Source: Balanoglossus misakiensis | Taxonomy: Eukaryota; Animalia; Hemichordata | Length of the DNA: 64,000 nucleotides | Direction: 5' to 3' | NCBI GenBank assembly: GCA_040954595.2 | Contig: CM082588.2 | Coordinates: 2,454,144 to 2,518,143, forward strand | In this document: positions 1-18,478 of the stretch, piece by piece | Layout of the letters: every line of letters begins with the position of its first letter | Numbering within the stretch: position 1 is the stretch's first letter | The notes under the pieces: generated by a model | Database searches by the model: none | The model's input: only the letters and a program-made list of their open reading frames with translations | What the model was told of the DNA's origin: nothing | Program-made: the position numbers and the translations under genes

Positions 1-565
1 CTTGGCCGTTTTTTTGCAAGATCCAATAAATTAATGACGCGATTTGGGATGGAACGGTAAAGATGTGCCTGAGGGTAGGTTAAGCGATATTTTCAGTTGA
101 GTAGTATTTGATAGTCGTAATGCCTATTCATGTCAATTATGTGACACCAAGTGTCAATGCAATGTTGCGGTATCATAATGCCATCCCTACCCATTAAATG
201 AATAGCCTGCCAAGGGCTGGCAGCCAATCAACGCACACAATGCTAACAACCTACCCAGCTGTCTTCTGCCTTTCCCAATTTACCTCCAAATTCAAAAACT
301 TCCATGCAGCCCTTTTCATTCATTCATGTCACCGCCGACCTAAGGGCTCACTCTGTGAAAAATTCCGCGGGAAATTCGCACGTACATCAGAAGAACTTAT
401 CATGCCTCTGTATCATTTGCCCATTTCCTTATTTGCAAGCTCATTATACATGCATATTTGCCTGTGTCCCATTTCACACCTTTTGTCCATGAAAAAACAA
501 CAACATCGATGCATTTCTAACGATTTTGTTGATTTTCAAGAATCACCGATTATACAAGTACTTAC

Positions 566-1546
566 CTGGGCCCTGTTCATGCCTTGGCCTGGACCGATTC
601 CTCCCATATTTTGATGAGGATGTTGGCTTCTTTGTGTGCTCCCCCACTGTTGACCGTACGGCGTTGAACCGCTCACTTCCGGTGCCTTCCCCATTCCTTG
701 GCCGTATTCGCCCTGGCCAGGGTACATATTAGGGTATCCCTGGTTCAGGTTTGGTTTTTGTCCCTGTAAAAGCTGTGAAAGTGTCGGAGCTTGGCCGGCC
801 GCGTGTCCACTACTGCCACCCATATAACGCTGCTGTTGTGGCGTTGTGTTATAATGGGGCGTCATGTTCGAGGCCGAGCTAGTCCGCGTGGGTATCCCAC
901 TCATAGCATTGGAAGAGGTCGGATAACCCGTTCTTACGTTCCCAGTGTTGTCAAACTGATTATATTGACTCATACTCGCTGAATGTTGTCCCATGTTTGG
1001 GTTTGGACCCATATTCGTGGGTATATTTCCTGGGCCTGGACCGCCATGTTGTGTCTGATCCGCCATATTATAACTATTCCTATGGCTAGCACTACCAGTA
1101 TAGTAACTGTTCGGATACTGGCTCTGCGAGCCCGAATTTGGCGTAGAATTCATGCTACGGTTACCTTCCATGAGTTGATTTGGAATATTCTGTTCATAAT
1201 TGGGGTTATTTGCCATTTGGTAAGGCTCTACCCGTGTATCAAAGCCAGGTTGGTCGCATTTCACTCTGGCATTAGGATCACGACCACCACCACTACCACC
1301 ATCTTGATTGTTGTTATTTCCCTTTGTCACGAAGTCAACTTGTTCATTACCACTAGGTGATTTCAACCTATTACCCACCGTAGAAGTATCAGGTAGATTC
1401 GGGACGTTGTCCGCTGGTAGATCGTTTGTCCCAGGACTTGTCCGAGTGTTGAAATCCATAGAGTTTGGGTCCATCTCGGTTCCTGTCTGTCCTTGTGTGT
1501 TCATATCGTGTTCACAATTGACATTTGCAACCACTTGAGCTGCCAT
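566..1546 (-). CDS. ARID1: ARID1A/B (osa)-like SWI/SNF subunit, first coding exon; gene continues beyond the left window edge
   Basis: ORF begins MAAQVVA (vertebrate ARID1A begins MAAQVA), is G/N/Q/P/Y-rich and contains PTLSQLLQ, like the ARID1 LxxLL motif PTLNQLL. Minus-strand donor CAG|GTAAG at 566/565. ARID domain not in window. Confidence 0.75.
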
Positions 1547-3377
1547 AATGGTTTGAGCAAATCCCGGCCGAACACTGCTTTCAAGGCAGCGATCGGATAC
1601 CTAAAGTCTCTCTGAGACTAACCATAGGTGTTACGGACCGGGGTTATACGCAGTCTACACACGTGTTTTTGGTAAGCGAGCAGAGAATAACAGAAAGTTA
1701 GTCTGCCATCAGCATGGCCTTATCACACGCTATACTATTATGGCGCTCTTTTGAGACGGACGACATCACACGTTTTCATCTTGCAAAATTCATACGCTGA
1801 ACTCGTTTTACATTCCCGCAGAACGAATACTCCTCTACCTTAATTGCGTGACTTCACTTGTAATATAACGCTGAAACTTATTTCAATGCTCTTGGGCGAA
1901 CCCTCGCTTCGAGGAAGCACCCAAGTCTTTATTTTATGAAGGGATTATATTTTGCCTGCACGATAGTATACAACATTCCATGGCGGTCACTCGTCTAAGG
2001 CATTCTTTTCAAAGCTGTTTTTCTATTAGCTGTTCCATAAGCTACCCTCCGGGAAAAAAAGAATGAAAATTATTTTTTATCTTTCCAAAATAGAAATAAA
2101 AAAATATTTGCGCATTTGATTTGTCTTTAAAAGACACATTTCTTTCTTGTACTTTGCAAAAGTATAGCTGCAAAAATTATTTTCTAGGTAAACTTCATTC
2201 CGGTGGGAGGTGGATGTAATAGCGTCAGATGCCAGATTACCAGAGCGTAATTATAGGTTGACGTCAGCCGAGCCGAATTTCATTTCTGTCTTTGTTCCCA
2301 GATCCGCACTCACAGTTCTCATTATTTATTCACTTATATGTTATATTGCAATTGCCCCCACGAATACTTGCTTAGGACGGTTAGGTAGACTCAGTTAGCT
2401 TTCTAGTGCGTTTTCCGTGCGATGTTTAAAGGTTTTATAAACAGAAACGTTGCAGCGCAACTGTCATATAATGATTTATCTGATCTCTAATGTGAAATGT
2501 GATACAGTGCGAAAACGGATAGCATATCCGCACGAAAACTTCATTTAGCACTTTTCCCAGAAACACGTTCGAGTGAAAAGTCACTTTCAAAAAGTTGACA
2601 AAGTCGCTCTGTAGCAAGGGGAAACCAAAATATTCAGCGGCGCATGTTTACCTAAATGCGAGGCAGAAAATTGGCCTTTATAACCTGGTTGGCAACGATT
2701 TGTCAAGGGGCAAACCGGGGTTACTTCGTTTGCCATAGGAGACAATGTTTAAATTGACGTGTCATATTGACAACACCGCCGTTCGTCCTTAGTACTTTCA
2801 GAAATTTCGCACACTAGTTTTGATTACAAATTTCGTCAAAACGGCAAAGGTGTTGTGATTATAGAAGCTTCTAGTAATAATTCATCAATATATATTATTT
2901 CAACTGTCGTCTGCTCCGTTTTTCCTGCTATATTTTCCTGCAAAGGGCCTCCCGTTATCACTCGGTCTTAGAAATTATGTTGCGTAACTTTTTTCCGGAA
3001 CAGTTTCTGTTGTAGACACTTCAGGAGCGCTTTTGCTCTCATTTCGTTGCCGGGTATTGTCTTAAAAGACGAATATTACGGTGATAGGGATTTTTTTCTC
3101 GATATATTGTCCAAACGGCTTTTCTTTTCGTTTCGCATTCGCGCGGCTTCTAAAGTCGAGCAGACGAAAAACTGGTGTTGAAGCCCTCGTGAAGGGAGCA
3201 GGACGCCCCCTACGAACAAAAGGGTTAACCGTAACATTCGTGAGAGGATCATATTTCCAAAACCAGTCCATCATAACATACCCCCTTGTGTGTGAACTTT
3301 GCTCAACGACCCGTGAGGTGAAAGGTGGATTTGATCCGATGAAGTTCCACGGTAACATCGGTGGCGTTCCAGCAACC

Positions 3378-6300
3378 ATGTCGCTGCTGCTCGGCCTTGC
3401 TGCGATCCCGGCGTTCGGACTCTCTGTGTGGTATCTCTTCCTGAGGAGGGTGACTGGGCAACCGCAGAAAATAACAAAGAAGGCAAAGGGAAAACCGGAC
3501 TTCCCAATAGAATACAATGTTACCAATCGGGTTAGGTTTGATTTTTATTTCAGATCATTCGGGTTTCTATCCAAGCTAATGGCATCACCATTAGCCCACG
3601 ATCACGCATTTGTGTACATTTCATAGACTGGACTGAAATCGACATCTTGTCAGTATCACCTCTGAAAATTTACATATAAAACCAAATGCACCGTAATCAC
3701 ACTGATGAAAGCATCTATGATTCAACCTGTAAATATTTACTGGTTGAATCAAGCTATTGCAGTCAGTGCGATTCCGACGCCTTTGTTAAAAATGCATTGT
3801 CTAACGTATTTATTAATTTACAATACATGTATGACAATGGCATTTGTCATTTTGCCATCATATGTGTCAAAGGTCACATATTTGGGTCACAGGTCAAATT
3901 CCACTGACATGTACTATTTCAGAGATATGAAAAAAAAAGACAACATTGATGTATAATCCATACACTATCTTTCTGACAATTGAATTGCAAATACACATTC
4001 CTATGTCTATGATAATATCATACAGACAGATCTAGCCCAAAGGCAGGCATTATATCATTTACGGATGCCAACACCAATACACTTTCAAACTGCTTGAAGG
4101 AAAAGGTTAGGCGCCAGATTAATTTGATGGCAAATTTCTATAGTGCACAATTACAATTTTAAGAAAAGACTTCAGGCGCTTCTTAAGTTTAATCCCTTCA
4201 CATCTGAGAACAAAACTGATCCTGGAAATCGACACTTGAAGTAGTTCAAAGATATGTAGGATGATAATTTTTGAAAAAAATGCAAAAAAGATGCTAACAA
4301 TTGGGGCTTTAACCCTTTCAGCCCCATCTCTTTCTGTAGAAGTCAAACTTAAAAGACAATGGATTTAGACCAAACCATAATGGTTTCAGATTTATCAGAA
4401 GAAGAAATACTCCTGTATTTTTTCTCACATCCTTATAATCCTTATCATTTCAGGTTATATTTCCTCGTCTTTCTGGACTGAAACTGTCACTCATGACCAG
4501 AATTGGGCATTCTGTAAGTATTACTGCAGTGGCTGTACATTGGTTCACCACAGTCTGTTGGGGACTATTAATGATGAAATAAAAATGTAAACATTCTTCT
4601 CCTCCTAATGAAGCAATCATTCACTTTTTTTTTCAGTTGATGGGGACTGCCTTCTTTGGACCTGATGCCTTCAGGTAGGGAATTTTCTTGATGACCAGTG
4701 TAGTGACTGATGTCACTCATGAAGTGCTTGTTCTCTGCACATTTCTATTTTTTTCTTGGTTGGAACATGTTTTGTCAAGTTCCTCAGTCTAACAGGGAAT
4801 GCCTGCAAGCATCAACAGACAATCCTGCCATATCAAATTCCATGTCTCCAGGCAGATCATCCGACTGTATTCTCTGTTGCCCCTGGCGATTCGTTGCTAC
4901 CATATTCCCCAGTGGCCCAAAAAGAAGTTGTAACACATTTTCATTAATAATTCACAGGAATGTATTCTCTGTGAGGAACACATGTCAATGGATTTGTTAC
5001 ATTTCAGTATTACTGAGAAATTTCTCTACTTCATGGAGCTTTAAATTTGCCCCCCCCCCCTCCCCCCAAAATAAGCAAGCAAGTTTATCTCTCCACAGAA
5101 AATCAAACTGCGACATACTGAGAAAAATTTCTATACCAGAAGAACCAGTGTTTCTCCCAGTTCACACGTTTACAGGTGATGTGGCCAACAAAGATGGAAA
5201 ATCTCCACTAGACTTGAATTCTGTGGTCAGAGTGGAGAAAACAAAAGATGGTGATTTCCGCCTTGATTCTTTGTCAGATTTCTATGCAGCTTACAGGTAA
5301 TGTTGACAAGTAATATGCATAAATAATAGGCCACTTTCATTGATGAAAATTGATGAGCTCCTGCATGCAACGGTGTCTCACTAACTGTGGAAAAAAATTA
5401 CCAATGCACGTGGCCACAATGACACAGGGGCAGATGACACCTGTTCATTAGATTCCTGTCATTAATGATAAATGAATTAAAATTTCATGGGTAGTTTTAC
5501 TTCAACAATGAATGGCGTTGTCTCTGATATTTATTGTTTTTCGGTTCATGATGACAGATCTGGCAATGTGACACCAACAGAAGTTGCAGAGCGAGCCATC
5601 AAAGCAATTCAAGATTCGGAAGAATTGAAACCCAAATTGAGAGCCGTGACCCAATATAATGTAGAAGACATTAAAAAGGTAAATCTAGGAACTAGGTAAC
5701 AAATCTAAACTAACAGAAATACATTTGTATTCAACTTATGGACTGTATATATATTATGTCTATCTGAATCATGTGAAAGTCAATAAATCCAATCTCTTCC
5801 TCTCTTTAAGATGGCGCAAGCCTCCACTGAGCGTTTCCAAGGTGACAATCCCCTCTCTGTGTTTGATGGCGTTCCAGTTCTTGTCAAGGAGGAAATCCAA
5901 GTTGTGAGTCCATCAGCAAATACCAGTGACTAGCAGTGTCAAACAATAATTTGTTTTATTAAATGTGGCGAACTGAATACAGAACTGCAACAGTAAAATG
6001 CTTAAACATTTCACAGGTATCACATCACCAAAGACATGGAACCACCTACCATGGGAAAGTGGCAAGCAGTGAGGACGCGACCATAGTCAGGAAGTTACGT
6101 GAAGCCGGTGCAATCATCTTGGGAGTGACCAACATGCACGAGTTGGGCATGGGAGTGACTGGTATCAACAGCAGCAAGTAAGTTATAAACTGTGGCATCG
6201 GTGTCCATGCATCACCCCTATATTTGTTTCATAGTGGCCAGTCAAGGAACTTTCCTAAACTGGCCTTTATAGAGAGGTGGGCACTAACATAGGTTTGACT

Positions 6301-8311
6301 GCCGGTACCAGATGGTCGTTTTGTTTCAAATGTTCATATCCACTGTTGATCAAGTGTGGACTGTGTTATTGACAATGACTTGTAAAACTGTCCTCTAGGA
6401 TTCATGGAACTGCTCGAAATCCTTACAACACAGAACACTGTTGTGGTGGTAGCTCATCTGGGTCAGCCAGTGCCGTAGCAGCAGGTATTGTCAACAACAA
6501 ACATTTTTGAATCTTCCTGCAAATCATTGACTCTCATCTCCCATCTTGAATGATTGAGACAGTTAGTTCAAACCAGCCATGTTATGATCAGTTCTTACTA
6601 CTTATTCCAGGACTGAGTCCCATTGCATTGGGATGTGATGGTGGGGGATCCATCCGGATACCTGCCACACTTTGTGGAGTGGTGGGATTTAAGGCTACTT
6701 TTGCCAGAGTCTCTTGTATGGGTTGTGCTGATGGTTCTGGTTCAGTTATTCACGCTGGACCCATAGCAAACTGTGTTCGGGATGCGGCCCTTCTCTATGG
6801 TTTGTACAACTCTTCTTGTTACTTTGTCTATATATCAGATAAAATAAAATACAGGACAATATTTTCTGTGCATCGCCTTCAGCTTCTAAGATCTAAATGA
6901 CCATGTTACTTTTCCTTGTCTTGTAGCCTTCTTGGCTGGTCCAGATCCCGAGTACCCCATAGGAGTCAACCAACCCACCATCACGCTTACAGATTTTGAA
7001 AATAAAGACTTAACAGGAATTAAAATTGGAATCGACTGGAAATATTTCCGGGTACTGTATGCTATTTGCTTCAGCTGCTTGAACCATTTGTCAGTTGGTT
7101 TGTCTGATGCATTTATAAAACAAAAGGTTTTCATTCACGAACACATGAGGGCGATCTGTAACTACATTTCCATGAAGACTGGTTTTCAAACAATACTCCA
7201 CAATAATTGGAATTTGATTTTTTTCTTGATTGACAGGATGCCAATACTGAGATTCTTGGAGTTTGTGAGAAAGGTAAGATTTGCAGTTTATGCTACTTGG
7301 CATTTTTTCTTCCGGCCAACCATAAAAATAATTATGGCAACACATCCTAAGAAAACCAAAGCTGTTTGTGCTCCTTGTCTCCTGGAAAATACAAGTTCTG
7401 GTCTTCTGTTTCAGCTTTGCTGTACATCGAAAGTCTCGGTGCCAAAGTGATCGATGTACAGATACCAGAATTGGAAGAGACCAGGGTGGCTCATCTTGCG
7501 GTAGTGATGGCAGAAATCAAAGCTAATGTGGTGGAGGACTACAACGATCACTTGGATGAAATGGTGAGTGATCAGTTCACTTTTATGTGTGTGATCATAT
7601 ACAGTGATATCGTGACATGGACTCCTACACAAATAACAGAGTCTTGCATAATTATTCCTTCAGGGAAAAGACGCTGCTTCGTCATTGGGTGCCACTGATT
7701 TATTCACCAGCACAGACTTCCTGATGGCCAATAAGCAGAGAGCTCGTGGCATGAAATTCATGGAAGATATCTTTGAGAAAGTAGACTGCATCATAACGCC
7801 AGGTGAGTATCCTTTGATTGGTTTATGAAAAGTTGCAAATGTGTAGTTAAAATGACCATCGCCGTTTAACAGTTTGAAATGTCTTCAACAGCAACTGGTA
7901 AAACTGCAATCAAAATTTACCCAGAGGATCTGAAGCATGGTGTTGCTGACATTGACACTATCAATGGATACATGAGGTGAGTTGTCACAGGACCATTTTG
8001 AAACTTTGAAAACGATAAATAACTAAAGTGGTAAAGGAAAGACAATTATAGAATGAACCCTTTCTGTATATCGTGGAACAGCTCACGTGAGGTTACTTTG
8101 CTTCTATTCCAACAGGTTTATGTTCCTGGGCAATTTGTTAGGAATACCTGCACTTACTGTACCAGTGGGCTACGATGGCAAGGGTCTACCCATTGGTATG
8201 CAAATCCAAGGCAAATGGTGGAAGGACCACGTGGTTCTTCGCATCGGACATGCAGCTGAAGGATTCCTCAAAAAATCCAAACCACAAGTTCACTATTCCC
8301 TGTTAACCTAG
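3378..8311 (+). CDS. Amidase-signature fatty acid amide hydrolase-like protein, about 15 exons, N-terminal hydrophobic anchor
   Basis: Spliced exons give [41 protein letters not shown] (catalytic Lys), [25 protein letters not shown] and [16 protein letters not shown] (Ser-cisSer-Lys triad), ending [10 protein letters not shown]...[14 protein letters not shown] junctions seen. Start ATG 3378 chosen by context. Confidence 0.88.
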
Positions 8312-8594
8312 GGAATGGTGATTGGTATCAAGGGTATCAATGAACAAATATTGTTTGTTTTTTTTATATCAGTTTATACGTCTCTTTCATCATTTTTCAC
8401 TGATTTTGCACGATGTTTGTATGGTGCTTGAAATACCAATGTAAAACAAAATCTGACATCAATGTAACATTTTTTAGACTTTGCATTTTCCATAATAAAT
8501 GTGTGGAATAAAGTCATGCTGCTGTTTGATTTATACGCAAATCAAATCTCTGACATCACACTAGTATGTAAATGGAGACTTGGTCCCATATTGG

Positions 8595-14163
<5,569 letters not shown>

Positions 14164-14996
14164 TTAGTAAATGTCCTTTGAGCTGTGAAAATCTGTAAAT
14201 AATGATGGATCTATGAGTAATAGTTTCCATATCTGCTGGCAATACCAGTAATTTATTTTATGTGGAGAAATAATGTTAATTTAAAAATAAGAAAAGAGTA
14301 CTATATGATTATTCACAGGCTTTTCAGCCAGTGTGAATAACCTTGTTTACAGAACACTCAAGCAAGAGAACACTCTTAACACGACCTTCAACACAGTGCC
14401 CTTGAAAATTGTCCATTGCATACCGGTACATGGTGTGTACATTACAATGTACTATAGTGTATTTCACGTACTTACCCACGTGTAGACAGGCGACGTGAGA
14501 TATGATATTCTTGTTTATCAAGATACCTTTCCACAGTTATTCTGAAAAACGAGCTCTGAACAGATGGCGTTCTCTCTTACCTGAATCAATATACTGTAGT
14601 TATTTCTGGAGTATTTCTCCCCAAATATCGACTTCTCTGGATGGTATTGTCTGTTTCATTCACTCAATCACCATTTCGCGCCAGCTGCCCTCGTTCTGGC
14701 AAGTGTGACCTCGAGTGACCCTGAAATGAACATAGTCGATCAATTTCACATTTCTCTCACTGGTCGATGGTGGCGCTTTAAATAAGAGTACGCAGACATC
14801 AGTCAGTCAACGAACTTTTTGGTCAACTTTATACTTGTTCATATAATGTAACACACAATCATTATGATCATTATACATGTGAGAGATCCCAGAAAGAGCC
14901 AATGCATAACACATTAGCCATGAACTAATTGAGAAAGAACAGCACATTTGTATGACTCTGAAGTTGTTTATTTCATGGTACTTCATCAATCTGACA

Positions 14997-16540
14997 TCAT
15001 TTTCCCCAACGTAACACAATTGTAAAGTTATTCCGCTTTTGACCATCCCGGACAAGTCTCTTTTTGAAGTTTTTATGAGATATGCCAGTTTGTTTCTGTG
15101 CCAATACGAAGGCCAGTTTCTTGCTGTCATGAGTCATAACAGTTTCATAGCCAAGACTTGATAACATTTCCTTGAAAAGTCTGGCAGAGAAGTACCTGGA
15201 ATTTTCCAAACAAGCCAACGGTAAAACAACCTGAAGAGAAATAGAATGCATACTGTTAGGAAAGACATCTCCAAACTGTTTTTGTTATCATCAACATTAA
15301 AAGTATAATATACCAAAGAAATCAATCTACTTCTTTCTTTGACTGGCTGATCTCCACCCCAGCCTACAGGCCCGTTCACTTACAAACAGATATCCTTCTG
15401 GTTTTAGTAGGAGTGTAGCTTTCTTCAGCATTTCGCCTCTCTTGACAGGATCACCGACAAAATTGATGACGAGACTGAGAACCAAAACATCATAGAATTC
15501 ACAGCAGTCATCCTAGTGATGAAAAAGAACATGGATCAAAACACAAGATTCAAAAGAGCCATTCTCACTGCCCCAGGGGAGATAAAGTCTCATATCTCAC
15601 CTTGAACTGCAAGAAGTCTGCCTTTATAATGTTTCTGTCTTGAGGGTTCAGGTCAATGGAGGTACAGTTGATCCATCTTTGTTTTTCGTAGTTTAAAGCC
15701 AGTGCCCCAACATCAAGTAATTCCAGTTTCTTTCCCTGCAAAAAGAAAGAACTTTTAGGGTAAGACTGTGAGGGAGCAATTGATTTTCTATTACCAAAAT
15801 GTGGAATTAATAGCAAGAGTTTTGATATTAAATAATTAAATAAATACCTCACTTGGTTTAATGTTATGCTCTTGCAACTTCTTCACAACCCATTTTGAAG
15901 TGTTTGTGTTGCCATGGTGATATTCTCCTAATTTGGAAACGAGCTGGTAAGTATGAAGGCCTCCTAACTGTTGGAAAGAAAATGATAATAAAGGGGTGAG
16001 ACATATTTTTGGTTTGAACCATCAAGGTTTCCATGGTAACCATCACTAATGAACTGTGCAAAAAAGTGATCTCACAAGCTCATTATTCATCTGGTTTTAC
16101 CTCTTTCACTTGACTTTCCAAGAGTTTCATTTTCTTGTGCTTTTCCTTTGCTTGAAGTTTACTATCAAACTGTAATTTCTCCATCTCCTTGTTTGCTACG
16201 TGCAGCTTTGTTATCAGCTTCTTGGTCTTCTCACGTTTCTTGCTGTATATAGAGAAATGATAAACACATCGTGGTCGGTATTGGTTCTTTATCATTTTTG
16301 TTTTCATTTCTATTGAGAGTGAACCTGTCTTGGAGTCATTATTCTAGGTATAGTTTCCTGTGGATCCGTTGCTATGCGACTGTGTCCTGTTACAAATCAT
16401 GCGTTTTGAGGGGGGGTGCTTCCATTCCAAGTTCCAGGCAAAATAAACACGGTTGATCAGAGTACTTACAGTGGCACGTGAGTTACTGGTTTAACAGTTC
16501 CGTGTCTTTTCTTTCGCTTTTGAGGTTTATTCCGCGCCAT
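14997..16540 (-). CDS. BMT2: Bmt2-like rRNA adenine-N1 methyltransferase (class I SAM-dependent), multi-exon
   Basis: Basic N-terminus MARNKPQKRKKRH, then LLDVGAL, IDLNPQ...IIKADFL, YDVLVLSLVINFVGDPVKRGEML, LFVVLPLACLENSRY, ending NNFTIVLRWGK*, the motif order of the Bmt2 family. AATAAA at 14967-14972 (minus). Confidence 0.8.
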
Positions 16541-17297
16541 AGTAACCTCGATCGTCTGTTTATACTGTTTAACGTCCCCTTTGACCGATTCCACGCCTCA
16601 AAGTTTTGATCATGGGCGCAGCCATCTTGTTTTTAACTCATCGAGAGGTGGCGCTATAACTATTGTTCGTTTCGCGCTGACGTCATTCCACAAAACCGGA
16701 TATTTTTAGAAATCATACATTTCTTGCATGTACTGGGTCTGAAATCATTATTTTTAATCAACAGGGCAACCTTGGGCCTTATATTATTCACAAGACAATT
16801 CTGCTCCAGTGATTACATCATAGACTTTATTTAAAAGGGAAAAATGAAAGATACTTTTATTTTAAACAATATAAACCAAATACATGACAACCATTATAAA
16901 AGGAACATTAGATCTGATACAAAGGCTAAAATGCAAAACACCGGAATTTACTGAAATTCACAACAAAATCACTCACTGTATACAGTAACTAAATGGTGAA
17001 TTAAAATGTTTGAGAAAACTTGTTAAAGAACTTTTTACAAAGAATGAAGTCATTTGAACATTTTTGTGAAAAGTGCAATGATTTCTGATTTGACCGTTGA
17101 TTACAATACAAGCGATTAACCATAATAAATATCAGGCTGTTGTAAGAGAAATGAAAAGTTTTGGATAATCGAGAGGTATTCCACCCGACCCTCTGTAAGA
17201 TCTTAAACTACGGCAATGGTGATATTGGCCAAGTCCGTTGGAGGATGTTCCGCCAGGAGACACACAAAACTGCTTTCCGTAAATGTGTTGAATCTGT

Positions 17298-18478
17298 CTA
17301 ACCCTCTGTTGGCTGTTCTCCTTCTTGTGAAGGCTCATACTGTTGCAACTGTGAAGGAAAAGAATGGATATGCATATTAGACCATGATATACATGTACAC
17401 CATTTATACTCTAATTGACAAAACTGTCAGATTGATTATACCTTAGCTTTAAGTTCGTTGTTTTCCTCAGAAAGCTGTTCTACTTTTTGTCTAAGTTCTG
17501 TCACTTCAAGGCGTAGTGCTTCAACGTCAGCTGTGTCTGGACCACCTGTTCCGATATTCTGTTTGACAAAGCTGAAGGATGAAGTTAAGGAAGACATTTG
17601 CACGACAACCCACAATCCTCACTTGGCAACACATGTTGTAGGTGTTCCCCAACCTATAGTCCTCATCAAGCACACTGTGACAACCACTTTTAGTCAAGTT
17701 TTGATGTACACTGTTATTTGTATCAATAAACTGCTACAATGTACTTAACTTGATACCATTTGGATATTTAGTCTCACAGAAGGGATCTCTGGCATGACTA
17801 TCTTCATGCATTGCTCCCTGTACATTTATATTCTTTCTACAAAGGATACTCTAGTGCATTGTTAGGCTTTTCTGGTTCTTCGTACAATGCTACAAGTACT
17901 TTTGTCAAAGTGTCCAACACGCCTGCTTTTTCAAGGTATTTTCTGAACTCTTCTCTCTTGGAATCAGCAGCCTGTCAGTGGTAAAAAAGAGGTGAAATTT
18001 AAATATCCAGTTTGAGTGTGAAAGACCTTGTATTCTGTATTTAAAAATAACCATCAAATGTCTTAAAGTTTGCGAAAACACACTATGCACATGTTGCTAT
18101 AAAAAGTGGGGTTGACCGAGTTTGGGAATCATGGGAGATTGGATATTGACAGGAACTGAAGAAAGTTATTTGTTTGTCAGACACAGAGACATCGGTTCTA
18201 CACATCCGGACTGTTTAGCGGATGGAGAAAGGTTATGTTACAGTAAACTACTCTCGAAATTCCAGACATGCACCGTTATCCAAAAAGAAGTGAGAGGATA
18301 ACACACTTGAATTTATCGTTCAAAATAAATAAATGCCACTGTGCTGATGGAATGTCTCTGAGAATATGCCGAGATAAGAGCTTGTTTGGCGACTTTTCGA
18401 AACGCAGTTGGGACAAACGATGCATCAGATACGGTAATTCATGAAATTAAACGTAACACTCACTCTATATGTAGTCAT
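17298..18478 (-). CDS. MYCBP: c-Myc-binding protein (AMY-1), 4 coding exons
   Basis: Spliced translation MTTYR|AADSKREEFRKYLEKAGVLDTLTKVLVALYEEPEKPNNALD|FVKQNIG...ELKAK|LQQYEP...*, matching the MYCBP signature. Confidence 0.93.
17572..17849 (-). other. U12-type (minor spliceosome) GT-AG intron in MYCBP
   Basis: 5' splice site GTATCCTTTG (17849-17840) and branch point TTCCTTAAC (17592-17584) 12 nt from the 3' end of the intron. Splicing restores the frame (NALD|FVK). Confidence 0.9.

Noticed and set aside
3062-3377. Upstream extension of the FAAH ORF and antisense ORF 3062-3526
   Set aside because: Non-ATG starts in CpG-rich promoter/UTR sequence. An in-frame ATG near 3339 cannot be excluded, but 3378 has better context and directly precedes the hydrophobic anchor.
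7807-7816. GTATCCTTTG in a FAAH intron resembling a U12 donor
   Set aside because: It overlaps a canonical GTGAGT donor at 7803 that keeps the frame, and no clear TCCTTAAC branch point precedes the acceptor.
16326-16386. Possible poison exon in the first BMT2 intron
   Set aside because: Weak polypyrimidine tract and weak donor. Direct splicing of exon 1 to the exon starting near 16243 gives a clean frame.
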